Assembly (NCBI GenBank): GCA_963664395.2
Contig: OY761159.2
Location: forward strand, 1,280,001 to 1,344,000
DNA: 64,000 bases
Direction of reading: 5' to 3'
From: Candidatus Binatia bacterium
Lineage (GTDB): Bacteria > Desulfobacterota > Binatia > Bin18
The notes below the pieces were generated by a model. The model was given only the letters and a program-made list of their open reading frames with translations. It was not told where the DNA came from and searched no databases. Positions 38,845-48,365 of the stretch are shown here, piece after piece. The position numbers were made by a program, and so were the translations under genes. How positions within the stretch are numbered: the stretch's first letter is position 1; every line of letters begins with the position of its first letter.

Positions 38845-39972
38845 CTACAACGTTTTCTCGAATACCCGGTAGGTCTTGTATATCCGGGCGCCCATGCGTT
38901 CGAGACCACGCTGCATGCTCCAGTTATCTTCAAGAATCCACGAACATTCCACGAGACGATAGCCATACGCGAGTACGTGCTGCCAGAGTTTGAGATACAG
39001 CATAGCGTCAAGACCACGCACCCGCACATCCGGATTGGTCCCCAGCAAAAGCACCCGGAGCGCGTCGATTCTGCGTTTGTACCAGAGCAATTTCAGCGCC
39101 CCCAACGGGAATAGCCGGCCATTCATGCGCCGGAGTACCTGATTGTAATCCGGCAGGGCAAGAGCAAAACCGACGGGCCGATTATCCAATTCCGCGATAA
39201 GGCACAGCTTGGGGTCAGCGACGAGGCGAAGCGTGTGCGCAAGCAGATCCACCTCAGCTTCAGTCATCGGTACGAAGCCCCAGTTGTGTTCCCAAGCCCT
39301 ATGGTAAATACCGTGCAACAGGCGGACTTCTTCTTCGAATCGCCGTACATCGATTGACCTGATAGTGATGGCCTGTTTCCTCTGTAGCCGCTGTACCCCA
39401 TGCACGAGCCGCTCGGGGATAGTCGCGTCTTCACGCAGGTCAATGAGATACGCCAACAGATCCTTGGCCTTGGCATAGCCCGCGGTTCGGATCAGCCGGG
39501 CATAGTAGGGACGATGGTGGGACATCATCACCATGGGGGCCGTATTGAAACCATTGACCAACAATCCACATTCCTCGTTGGTCGAGAAGCTCATCGGCCC
39601 CCGAACGCTCCGCACCCCGCGCTGACCGACCCACTGTTCCGCAGCGGCCAATAACGCCTGGGCAACATCCTGGTCGTCGATACTCTCAAAAAATCCGAAG
39701 AAGCCAACCGACTCGTTGTGAAATTGGATATGCCGATGGTTGACAATGGCCGCAATCCGTCCCACGACCTGCCCATTCAGGCGGGCAAGAAAATATTGGA
39801 CATCAGCGTGTTTGTGGAAGGGATGCTTTTTTGGAGAGAGGAGTTTTTTCAGATCAAAAAGCAGCGGCGGGACCCAAGCCGGGTCATCGCTATACAGCTG
39901 CCACGGCAGTTGCGTGAACTGGTGAAGATCCTGCCGGTTACGGACCGGAGCTATCCGTACATCTCTGGACAT
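38845..39972 (-). CDS. bcerS: Double-GNAT acyltransferase, bacterial ceramide synthase (bCerS)-like
   Basis: WVPPL, GRIAA, FGFFE, GLLVNGF, NWGFVP, LPDYN, SWILEDN; immediately downstream of spt. Confidence 0.8.
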   Translation of the reverse strand: MSRDVRIAPVRNRQDLHQFTQLPWQLYSDDPAWVPPLLFDLKKLLSPKKHPFHKHADVQYFLARLNGQVVGRIAAIVNHRHIQFHNESVGFFGFFESIDDQDVAQALLAAAEQWVGQRGVRSVRGPMSFSTNEECGLLVNGFNTAPMVMMSHHRPYYARLIRTAGYAKAKDLLAYLIDLREDATIPERLVHGVQRLQRKQAITIRSIDVRRFEEEVRLLHGIYHRAWEHNWGFVPMTEAEVDLLAHTLRLVADPKLCLIAELDNRPVGFALALPDYNQVLRRMNGRLFPLGALKLLWYKRRIDALRVLLLGTNPDVRVRGLDAMLYLKLWQHVLAYGYRLVECSWILEDNWSMQRGLERMGARIYKTYRVFEKTL

Positions 39973-40044
39973 CTATAGCGTGGCACAGCGTCGTGGGTCT
40001 GCTCGGCACTCGCTGAAACATTGCACAGCACAGAGGAAACGCTC

Positions 40045-41238
40045 CTACACGGCAACCTTCTCTACCTGGATGTGAGGCCGAGTACGGGCAAAGGCGTCTA
40101 AGACAAAGTCAATCTGTTCATCGGTGTGTGTTGCCATCATGGAAATCCGAATCCGACACGAATTCTCAGGCACGGCCGGTGGAATAACCGGATTGGTAAA
40201 GATACCGGAATCAAATAATTCCTTCCAGATCATGCCCATCAACCACATATCTCCGACAATGATAGGAATCACCGGCGTATCACTCGTCCCGATATTATAG
40301 CCCAGACTCTTGAGCCCGGCCTGCATGCGGCGGGTATTGCGCCACAAGGCGACACGCCGTTCGGGTTCTTCTTCAATAACCTGAAGGGCAGTTAACACGG
40401 TGGCCAGCGACGGCGGTGGCATACTGGCGCTGAAAATCAAAGAACGGGCATGGTGTTTGATATAGTGAATAACCGGCTCCGGCCCGGCCACCACACCGCC
40501 AATCGCGGCTAAAGACTTTGAGAATGAAGACATAATGAGGCCGACCCGGTCCTCTACATCGAAATGCTGCGCCGTACCACCACCGTTCTTGCCTAACACT
40601 CCAAAGGCGTGGGCATCATCAACCATAATCTCGGTCTGGTACTGCTCGGCGAGGGCAACCAGACTCGGCAGGTCTGCGATATCGCCTTCCATAGAAAAGA
40701 TGCCGTCGGTGACAATAAGCTTCCCGGCCTTGGGCGGTGTCTTCCGAAGCTGCTGTTCTAGTGTTTCAAGGTCCCCATGCGGATAGCGGAGCACGGTCCC
40801 GTGGGAGAGCTGAGAACCGTCTACCGCGCTGGCATGATCGAGCTTATCAAGGTAGAGATAGTCGCCTTTTCCGATCAAGGTCGACAGGATACCTAAATTT
40901 GTCTGGTACCCCGTGCTAAAAACGAGCGAGGCTTCTTTGTTGAGAAAACGGGCCAAGCGCGCTTCGAGTTCATCGTGCAAATCCAGCGTCCCATTTAAGA
41001 AGCGGCTGCCGGTACACCCACTGCCATAGCGTCTGAGAGCTGCCTCGGCTGCCTCCAACACCTTGGGATGGTGGGTGAGGCCGAGATAGTTATTGGAGCC
41101 CATCATCACCTTGGGCTCACCTCGCACGACGACTTCGGTTCCTTCAGACGATTCTATGGGTGTAAAAAACGGATAATACCCGGTCGCTTGAGCCTCTCGA
41201 GCACGAGTAAAGCGAGCACATTTCTCGAAAAGGTTCAT
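40045..41238 (-). CDS. spt: Serine palmitoyltransferase (alpha-oxoamine synthase family)
   Basis: GSNNYLGL, GCTGSRFLNGT, DHAS, DGIFSMEGD, DDAH, FSKS, ARSLIFSAS; flanked by cerR-like and bcerS-like genes. Confidence 0.82.
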   Translation of the reverse strand: MNLFEKCARFTRAREAQATGYYPFFTPIESSEGTEVVVRGEPKVMMGSNNYLGLTHHPKVLEAAEAALRRYGSGCTGSRFLNGTLDLHDELEARLARFLNKEASLVFSTGYQTNLGILSTLIGKGDYLYLDKLDHASAVDGSQLSHGTVLRYPHGDLETLEQQLRKTPPKAGKLIVTDGIFSMEGDIADLPSLVALAEQYQTEIMVDDAHAFGVLGKNGGGTAQHFDVEDRVGLIMSSFSKSLAAIGGVVAGPEPVIHYIKHHARSLIFSASMPPPSLATVLTALQVIEEEPERRVALWRNTRRMQAGLKSLGYNIGTSDTPVIPIIVGDMWLMGMIWKELFDSGIFTNPVIPPAVPENSCRIRISMMATHTDEQIDFVLDAFARTRPHIQVEKVAV

Positions 41239-41337
41239 CCCGTCCCCCTCTCTCCATGACATCCCCGATTGTCAGTTTGCATGACATGTTGCGGTTCCGG
41301 TTTCACCCCAATCTCCCAACCCTACCAACGGTGTTCG

Positions 41338-42396
41338 CTATAACCATGTCTGTTGTTTGTACCATGCTGCTGTTTCAGCAAATCCAGTTGCCATCGGAAT
41401 CTGCGCCTCAAATCCTAACTCCCGCTTGGCCAGCGCAGTTTCGCACAGCCAAGCAGGGGCGAAGAGTTCCTTGACTTTTTCGCGATTGAATATCGTTGCT
41501 CGCCCTCTGACCGCCGCTCCGCCTTCGCTCACAGTTGCCGCCATCTGCACCAGAAACCATGGGATACGAACCATACGGACTGAGCGCCCAACGGCCTGAC
41601 TTATACACGTGGCAATTTCGCTCCAGGCATAGGATCGTGATTCCGCCACGTGATAGATCCCACGCGCGCGTGGCATTATGGCCGCGCGTAGCAGCGCCTG
41701 GACTAAATCTGCAACGTGGACGAGCTGCACAATTCTCTCCGGGCCGGCCGGCATCAGCAAAACACCACGGGCGGCGAGACGGAAGAGCAAAAAGAAATCT
41801 TTCTCCCGTGGGCCATATACCACCGGCGCACGCAAGCTGACGACCTCGAAAGCGTCGGACGCAGCCAAGCAGGCTTGTTCTCCAACGAGCTTACTCCGCC
41901 CGTAGGCAGTAATAGGGTGTGGCTCGTCGTGCGGTTCAACAGGCTGTCCCTCTCGTGCCGGGCCCGCTGCCGCGAGTGAACTGAGATACACCAGTCGTTG
42001 CGGACGCGGTTGCGCAGCCCGCATAGCCTGAACGAGCAGCTGCGTCCCCTCGGCATTCGAGCGCAGATACTCCTCCTCTGAGCGGGCTTTTGTGACGGCC
42101 GCAATATGGAAAACCGTATCAACTTGAGAGACAGCTCGCATAAGGCTGTCTCGATCTTCTAGCGAGCCTTGGATCAATTCGACCTTTTCGACCTTGTCAG
42201 CCTTATCACAGGCAAGTCGAGAAATATCACTCGTAGGGCGCACGAGAACGCGCGGCCAGACGCCTTGTTTAATCAGTGCATCAACAAGGTGCGAGCCAAT
42301 AAAGCCAGTCCCCCCCGTCACAAGGACACGGGTGCCTGCCTTCACCAGCGGAGTGCGTGGTGTTATCCCTCGGGTACTCACAGTAGCTCGAATCAC
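41338..42396 (-). CDS. cerR: NAD-dependent epimerase/dehydratase, ceramide reductase (CerR)-like
   Basis: TGGTGFIG, SSLAAAGP, YGRSK, VYGPR; upstream of spt. Confidence 0.7.
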   Translation of the reverse strand: MIRATVSTRGITPRTPLVKAGTRVLVTGGTGFIGSHLVDALIKQGVWPRVLVRPTSDISRLACDKADKVEKVELIQGSLEDRDSLMRAVSQVDTVFHIAAVTKARSEEEYLRSNAEGTQLLVQAMRAAQPRPQRLVYLSSLAAAGPAREGQPVEPHDEPHPITAYGRSKLVGEQACLAASDAFEVVSLRAPVVYGPREKDFFLLFRLAARGVLLMPAGPERIVQLVHVADLVQALLRAAIMPRARGIYHVAESRSYAWSEIATCISQAVGRSVRMVRIPWFLVQMAATVSEGGAAVRGRATIFNREKVKELFAPAWLCETALAKRELGFEAQIPMATGFAETAAWYKQQTWL

Positions 42397-42586
42397 GTGA
42401 AGTCGGACGCTAGATAACAGATTTCCCCAATTTAACCAAGGGGCAACATAAATACCATAGGAGTTTTATCAGAAATAACGTCGTTTTTGAGTGTGCAGTT
42501 CTCTCTCATTCCTCAACGCTCTCTTGACAACACTATTCTGAGCGCTCTTTATAGAGACCTCTCATCCACGTTGGAAAAGTCTCTTT

Positions 42587-43735
42587 ATGCCGACCGGCCG
42601 GAACAAATGGGGTGGCGCAGTGCAACCGAGCGATTCGTCTGTCACGTCTCTTCGTGACCTTTCTGAGGAGATATCAGACGAGCAGCTCGTCGCGCAATTA
42701 CGCAAGCGCTTTGCCGCCACGTTCCAACTCAACGCGAGCCTCTATTGGCTTGACCTCTTGCTGTCTTCTCTTTTGGGGTGGATTGCCTTTTGGTTGAGTG
42801 TGCAACAATCATTCGGCTCTCTTGCCTATCTCGCAACTACGAGTATCGCCCTCATAGCTCTCCTCCGCGCAGCCTTATTTATTCATGAAATTGCCCACTG
42901 TAAGCGGGGCAGCCTGCCTGGTTTTGAATGCGGCTGGCATGCCTTGGTCGGCCTGCCTTTCATGCTTCCCAGTCTCATGTATGTGGGCTCCCATGGGGAT
43001 CATCACCGGCCTCACACCTTCGGTACAACGAGCGACCCCGAGTATGCGCCGCTCGTTCACGGCAATATCCTCGGTCTGACGTGGTTTGTTCTCGGTGTCC
43101 TCATCATTCCCGTCTTATTGCCCCTACGATGGGGCCTCATCGGTCCTTTTTCGTATGTTGTCCCCCCGCTGCGAAAAATCGTTATTCAGCGTGCTTCAAC
43201 CCTTGTGATCAATCCTGCCTATCGCCGCCCTCTGCCTGGAAAACGGCAGAGGTTGCGTTGGCTCGTACAAGAATGGGCAGCCGCGCTGGTAGCTTGGCTG
43301 GTGTGCGCAAGCTGGCTTGCCGGGCAGTTTCCGACCGCCTGGCTCATGCAGTGGTATATCGTTACGGCTGGCATGTTGATAGTGAACCAAGTCCGGACTC
43401 TAGCGGCCCATCGCTATGACAATACCGGGCGGCGGTTGAGTGTGGCCGAGCAACTGCTCGATTCTGTCAATTTGTGTGGCTGGCCAGTTTTGACCGTTCT
43501 CGCCGCCCCCGTAGGTCTCCGCTATCACGCCCTGCACCATCTCGTACCGAACGTCCCCTACCACAGTCTCGGTCGGCTCAATCGTCAGTTACAAGAGGTC
43601 TTGCCTCCCGCTTGTGTCTATCAGCAGACAATGGAACGCGGTATTCTCTCGGCTATCCACAGTCTGGTACGACGGATGGGCCGGAGTCGCAGCTCTTCAA
43701 CGCTTAGCGAAGAGCACGTTGGCGAAGAAGCTTAA
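42587..43735 (+). CDS. Membrane fatty acid/sphingolipid desaturase
   Basis: His boxes HEIAH, HGDHH, HALHH; transmembrane segments. Confidence 0.85.
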   Translation: MPTGRNKWGGAVQPSDSSVTSLRDLSEEISDEQLVAQLRKRFAATFQLNASLYWLDLLLSSLLGWIAFWLSVQQSFGSLAYLATTSIALIALLRAALFIHEIAHCKRGSLPGFECGWHALVGLPFMLPSLMYVGSHGDHHRPHTFGTTSDPEYAPLVHGNILGLTWFVLGVLIIPVLLPLRWGLIGPFSYVVPPLRKIVIQRASTLVINPAYRRPLPGKRQRLRWLVQEWAAALVAWLVCASWLAGQFPTAWLMQWYIVTAGMLIVNQVRTLAAHRYDNTGRRLSVAEQLLDSVNLCGWPVLTVLAAPVGLRYHALHHLVPNVPYHSLGRLNRQLQEVLPPACVYQQTMERGILSAIHSLVRRMGRSRSSSTLSEEHVGEEA

Positions 43736-44738
43736 ACAACACCGGCCAGCCTAAGAGCAGTGGATAGCGCCGTTGTCGCTCTGAGAGCTCAACCCACACC
43801 CCGGTATGCCGCCCCAGCTTCCATAAGACATAGGGCAGCCAGTCATCAAATGTCAGCGCGGTTTTGAAGAGTCGCACGGCATACAGGCATTTTGCCCCTG
43901 TCGCCCGGACAGCCCAACTCAATCTCCCTGTCCAGCGTGTGAGCCGTGGCATAGAGACCAACCACTGTCCATCTTTTTCTCGGCAGGCACACCTCCCCTG
44001 CTGCTCCAGTAGTTGGAGCCCTAAGCGTGCGACTTGGTCATAGCGCTCGGGGGATGCTTCGTATACTGCCCGGATGGTTTCCGGTCGTTCGGTCCGAAAC
44101 TCAGTCCGATACGTCTCTCGAAACCCTCTCTGCCAGAGGTCGGCGGGGTGAAAGGACCGGGTCAGATTATTCCGTGCGAAAAATGGAAGAACGCGAGAGA
44201 GAAACGTCAGCGTGGCTTGCGTGGCTGCGTGTATCACCCTGTCCTGCACCACCTCACTGCGTACAAACACGAGAAGCGCCGGCTGACAGAATCGGGCCCA
44301 GATAATAGCTGGGACAACGGCTGGAGTGGTGGCGCACTCAAAATCCGCAGTCGAGATAACCGCATACTTCGCCCGCAGAGTCTGCGCTCCCTGCCCGACC
44401 TCAATATAGAACACATTCGGCGGCAGCAGAGCGTTCAGTATGCGGAGCGCGGCCATCTTGGCCGCGCATAGTCGCGGGCTGGAAGTCCGCGCTCCGTCTA
44501 GGGGCCTTTGATAGAAAGACCGGTACGAGCGGACAAGAACGTAAAAGTCGAGAACAGCATCAGCCATCTGCTGTGTTCGGAGGCAAGAGCCATAAAACAA
44601 TACGGCGTCCACCGCCTCACCATGGCGCTGCTGGATTTCCGTAGCAATAATCCGCGCTGCTTCAGGCACCGGCCGGGTCCACTCTCGGGCCAAGAGAGAC
44701 GTGAGGGCAGGAAGAGGCGGTTGCAAATAGTCGCGCAT
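43704..44738 (-). CDS. Tam41-like nucleotidyltransferase-fold protein (Caulobacter CpgC-like)
   Basis: LFYGSCLR...LDFYVLV, LPPNVFY, KYAV, WARFCQP, TYRTEFRTE, YVLWKL.RH. Confidence 0.7.
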   Translation of the reverse strand: MRDYLQPPLPALTSLLAREWTRPVPEAARIIATEIQQRHGEAVDAVLFYGSCLRTQQMADAVLDFYVLVRSYRSFYQRPLDGARTSSPRLCAAKMAALRILNALLPPNVFYIEVGQGAQTLRAKYAVISTADFECATTPAVVPAIIWARFCQPALLVFVRSEVVQDRVIHAATQATLTFLSRVLPFFARNNLTRSFHPADLWQRGFRETYRTEFRTERPETIRAVYEASPERYDQVARLGLQLLEQQGRCACREKDGQWLVSMPRLTRWTGRLSWAVRATGAKCLYAVRLFKTALTFDDWLPYVLWKLGRHTGVWVELSERQRRYPLLLGWPVLFKLLRQRALR

Positions 44739-44740
44739 AC

Positions 44741-45766
44741 TTACGCTCGAATAAAACGGAGTCGATGGTCTGTAGAAAGATGCAGTGTCCGGTCCGGCTC
44801 CGGCTCAAAGAGTTCCCCATCAATGGTAAAACCGCAGTCCATCTGCATAGTCAGACGCTCAACATTATGACTGCAATAGCCCGAGTCCAGCGCAAACGGA
44901 GGAGGGGGAAACCCGCGTAAAACCTTCCATACAGCAACAGGGCTACGCACGGCATTGGCCGCAATAGCGGTAAAACGGAGCGGGGCAGGCTCTTGTCCCC
45001 AAAACGGACAAATACGGAGTAAGAGCCGTTTCAGTGTGGTCGCCATCATGAGTTGAAGCGGCTTTTTTTCAAGCCGGTCTACTGGCGTCTCCTTTTCCAG
45101 TGGCTTTCGGTAGGGGTGGGTTTGAAACCCGCCCGTACAGAGACCAATTTCATCCGGAGCAAACACGCCGCGGTGTGAACCGCTCGCTACCTGCAGGAGG
45201 GCTCCACCTAAAAAGAGTCCGGCGCCGAATAAACCCTGTAAACGCCGCTTGGGATAGAGCTGATGCTTAAAGGTCAGCGCCCGCTGGATCACACCGGCAC
45301 CGAAAAACATGCCATATTGAGCGCGCGTGCCTGGTCCGGAGTCGATTCGCAACACCGGCCGCTTCACTACGCGCTGCTCAAGCGTATTGGCCTGCATAGC
45401 GCGGATCAAGGCGACGAGGCCGGCGGCCGGCGTACCGGTACTGCCAATATCCGTCGCGTTCATATTTGTTCGTCCGCCAGACAAGGGAGCAATAGCCGGC
45501 AGCGACTCAAAGATCGTGCGTTCCAAGACCTCAGTCAACACACGTTGCAGCGTGCCATCTCCGCCATCGACAGCGAGGAGGGTCACACCGTGGTGCGCGA
45601 GGCGGGCAAGCGCGTCAGGCACTTCTGCACTCGATCCGGTCGTCACATGCACGACCTCAGGCGCGTTCTTGAGTACCTGCCTGAGCGCAGTCAGGGAGGA
45701 GGAGCGGGTTTCAAACCCGCTCCTCCTGTGACCGGCCTGGCAATTACTGAAGAGACCCAGTCGCAC
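44741..45766 (-). CDS. Diacylglycerol/ceramide kinase family protein (CpgB-like)
   Basis: GGDGT, GGRTNMNA, GMFFGAG, IDGE. Confidence 0.85.
   Translation of the reverse strand: MRLGLFSNCQAGHRRSGFETRSSSLTALRQVLKNAPEVVHVTTGSSAEVPDALARLAHHGVTLLAVDGGDGTLQRVLTEVLERTIFESLPAIAPLSGGRTNMNATDIGSTGTPAAGLVALIRAMQANTLEQRVVKRPVLRIDSGPGTRAQYGMFFGAGVIQRALTFKHQLYPKRRLQGLFGAGLFLGGALLQVASGSHRGVFAPDEIGLCTGGFQTHPYRKPLEKETPVDRLEKKPLQLMMATTLKRLLLRICPFWGQEPAPLRFTAIAANAVRSPVAVWKVLRGFPPPPFALDSGYCSHNVERLTMQMDCGFTIDGELFEPEPDRTLHLSTDHRLRFIRA
45110..45138. repeat. GTAG-type REP palindrome inside the kinase CDS
   Basis: GTAGGGGTGGGTTTGAAACCCGCCCGTAC. Confidence 0.8.
45697..45727. repeat. Second REP-like perfect palindrome inside the kinase CDS
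   Basis: AGGAGGAGCGGGTTT-C-AAACCCGCTCCTCCT; 15-bp arms with the same GGGTTTnAAACCC core. Confidence 0.8.
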
Positions 45767-46958
45767 GGAAGTCCCGTAATCCTGGGAAGAGCGAGACTGT
45801 AACCTCCGGTCGGGGTAAGGGATTCAGGAAGGAGACTTTTGTCACCCCAGTACCGGTGAGATGCATGGGCTCGCTCGTCTGGTCGGATTGGAAAGTGATA
45901 TGAAAAGGGGAGAGTAACCACACCCGGCGTGGTTTCAGCTTGAGCGCCATCAGGAACCGGAAGGGCTGCGGGATGTCATCCAATGGATCATGGCGGAGGA
46001 GTAGCTGGTTGAGCTGGATGGAGCCTTTGAACCGCTCACTCTCGAAATGAAGCTGTTGTGGGACATGGTAATTCCCAACGTTCTGCACCTCCCCATCGAA
46101 GGTCACATCAAAATTATGTGCCTGGTGGACCACCTGGTGTCCGTTTTTAGCAACCAGCCAACGGCTCTGCGTCCCCTGGGGTGTTGTCAGGTCTGCCAGA
46201 TAGAACGACATCTCCGGTATCGTATTGTCCGCACTGGGCAGTGAGAAGAACTCCAAGCGCCGCAGGACAAGATCGGACTCGGCTGCATTTGTCCAGCTAT
46301 GCGTGACAGCAACAGAGCCCTGGATTGGGGCTGGCTCAGCCATCCCTTTGACCCAGACATCTCCTTCTGCCCGCGCAGCGGGATCAAGCAGATCAATGGC
46401 ATAACCGGACGGGGGGAAGTCGGTGGACCAGAGAGCTGATCCGCTTGGATAGAAATCCAGCGCAACATGCGTACGCTTCTTTTTGACCTGCAGCGCATTT
46501 TTGGGACCATGCTGGTCGAGCCAACTGGAACCCACTTCCATCCGGAGTCGGTCCGGAGAGAGTTCCCAGCGGCTTTCGCGCCGACCAGTGCGAAAGCGCC
46601 GACTCTGGCCATTGGGTTGAATAACATGCCCAATCACAGCCGCGTTCCGATCTCCAAATCCTAAATTGGTGATCAAAAATTCCGTAAAAAAGAAATGGCC
46701 GGAGTCGAAGCGCGCCGTCAGCTCCCACCGTTCGTACGCGAACTCCCCCGGAAGGAGACGAGCCGCGGGGTTGCCCCGTTCGGGCACAGCAAAGACCGGA
46801 GCAGCAAAGACCGGAGCAGCAAAGAGGGGAACAGCAAAGAGGGACGAAGCCACACCATGCCAGCTCATCCCGCCCACGAGCAACAAGCAGCCAGCGATAA
46901 TGATCCCTGGCCAACCAGGCCAGCGCTGGGACATAGGTGCCGATACGCCTTTCTTCAT
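45744..46958 (-). CDS. Secreted beta-rich hypothetical protein (possible AttH/Svf1-like lipocalin fold)
   Basis: ATGA overlap with the upstream gene; signal/TM segment; ERWELTARFDSG, ITNLG, HSWTN; fold call is inference. Confidence 0.6.
   Translation of the reverse strand: MKKGVSAPMSQRWPGWPGIIIAGCLLLVGGMSWHGVASSLFAVPLFAAPVFAAPVFAVPERGNPAARLLPGEFAYERWELTARFDSGHFFFTEFLITNLGFGDRNAAVIGHVIQPNGQSRRFRTGRRESRWELSPDRLRMEVGSSWLDQHGPKNALQVKKKRTHVALDFYPSGSALWSTDFPPSGYAIDLLDPAARAEGDVWVKGMAEPAPIQGSVAVTHSWTNAAESDLVLRRLEFFSLPSADNTIPEMSFYLADLTTPQGTQSRWLVAKNGHQVVHQAHNFDVTFDGEVQNVGNYHVPQQLHFESERFKGSIQLNQLLLRHDPLDDIPQPFRFLMALKLKPRRVWLLSPFHITFQSDQTSEPMHLTGTGVTKVSFLNPLPRPEVTVSLFPGLRDFRATGSLQ
46787..46846. repeat. 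15-bp repeat x4 encoding (L/V)FA(A/V)P
   Basis: CAGCAAAGA(CC/GG)GG.. x4. Confidence 0.85.
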
Positions 46959-48238
46959 GCTGGCGTCCCTACTTCCTGCCATGTTTGAACAGGCCGACCG
47001 CGCCAGCGTTGGATACAGGCTTGGCCCAGGCGTAGGGTATGAAACACAAGAGAACAGATGGTCCAGACCGCAACTGACCAAAAGCCCAGGTCAGGACGAC
47101 CAGCAAGTGTCCCCAGCGTTAACAAAATAAGATTCGGATTCCGGCGCGCGGTAATGGTACGAAAAAACGAATCAATGGGTCGCCACGAATGGATTTCCAT
47201 ATGAAAAGCCAGCAGAAAGAGCCCTTCGAGTAATCGTCCGAGAATATACCCTCCAATGATAATCGCTGGGACGGGATCATGCCAGATCAAGGCAAGAGAA
47301 AAACTGCTCGTCAGGCCCATCGCCCAAGCCCAATACCAGAAGGGAGGGTGGGCAAGGTCAAGGCCGTGATCCAATACATGACCGATTCGACTTGAGGTAC
47401 AGGTGACGCGGGCCAGCTTGCCATCCACTGTATCCAGAAAAGTCATAAACCAGGCTCCCGCTAATCCAAGGCCAAATTGCCCTTGGACAAAGAGCCAAGT
47501 CGCCGCGCCCACCAACAACCAGCTGAGCCCGGTCACCATGTTGGGGGACACATGGGATTGAGCCAGCAGGCGCGTGACGGCGCGGGCTGGTAGGGGCCAG
47601 ACCCACTTCGTGACCAGGTCAGTAATGCCCTTATACGACGCGCGAAATATACGATTTTCAACCTGAGTCAGCGAGTCCGCACCCACCTGGAGAAGATAGG
47701 GTGGGTCGTGTTTGCGCAACGCCGAGGAATAGGCTGAAACGAGGTCGTCAGGAACACAGCACAGCAGGCGTTTCCGTTGCGCGTCACTCAGAGACGTTGT
47801 ACCAGCGAGGAAGGGGAGCACGGCATCTCTTTGGCTTCCTTGCTGGCTCCCTTGCTGGCTCCCTTGCTGACTCCCTTGTGTTACTGTCGCGACAATTGTT
47901 GAGGGTGTAGCCGGATCAACGAGGGCCATGCTCTGGACGACACTGCACTCAAGACTCCTCTCAAGCATTGCACCGATTAAGCGCTCGTCAAAAACATAAT
48001 CCACTCGGAAAACAAGGAGTGGGCTATCAGACGGAGCAGGCGGAGTTGTTCCAGTCGCAATCTGCTCATCAGACACACCCGCGGCGCGGAGGGTCCGACA
48101 CAGACGTTCTGCTGGCGAGAGGCCCCACACTTCAACCAAGTCCGTAGAGGCGGGTTCGAAATCCGCCCCTACGGCTGCAAAGTCGGATTGTTCAGCAAGC
48201 CAAACCTGAACGCGCTCGGCTCCTGCCACCGGCTTCAT
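46955..48238 (-). CDS. CDP-alcohol phosphatidyltransferase with N-terminal extension (CpgA-like, copy 1)
   Basis: YKGITDLVTKWVWP, PNMVT, LDTVDGKLAR..SRIG..LDHGLD, ARRNPN. Confidence 0.85.
   Translation of the reverse strand: MKPVAGAERVQVWLAEQSDFAAVGADFEPASTDLVEVWGLSPAERLCRTLRAAGVSDEQIATGTTPPAPSDSPLLVFRVDYVFDERLIGAMLERSLECSVVQSMALVDPATPSTIVATVTQGSQQGSQQGSQQGSQRDAVLPFLAGTTSLSDAQRKRLLCCVPDDLVSAYSSALRKHDPPYLLQVGADSLTQVENRIFRASYKGITDLVTKWVWPLPARAVTRLLAQSHVSPNMVTGLSWLLVGAATWLFVQGQFGLGLAGAWFMTFLDTVDGKLARVTCTSSRIGHVLDHGLDLAHPPFWYWAWAMGLTSSFSLALIWHDPVPAIIIGGYILGRLLEGLFLLAFHMEIHSWRPIDSFFRTITARRNPNLILLTLGTLAGRPDLGFWSVAVWTICSLVFHTLRLGQACIQRWRGRPVQTWQEVGTPA
47831..47878. repeat. 12-bp repeat x4 (QGSQ)
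   Basis: (T/C)TGGCTCCCTTG-type units; protein reads QGSQQGSQQGSQQGSQ. Confidence 0.85.
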
Positions 48239-48365
48239 ACCGCTCCTCCTCTGTCACGCGATAGCTCGACCAAGGCCATGCCTGGGCCACAGCGTTCGAG
48301 TGAGCGGTCTTATCATACGCCAGGGAAGTGGTATAGGCTGGCTACAGTTGCGTATATTGAGAATT

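Noticed and set aside
40045-41238. bioF or kbl
   Set aside because: No bio or tdh genes nearby; bcerS-like and cerR-like neighbours and the GSRFLNGT motif favour SPT. A phylogeny is still needed to exclude it fully
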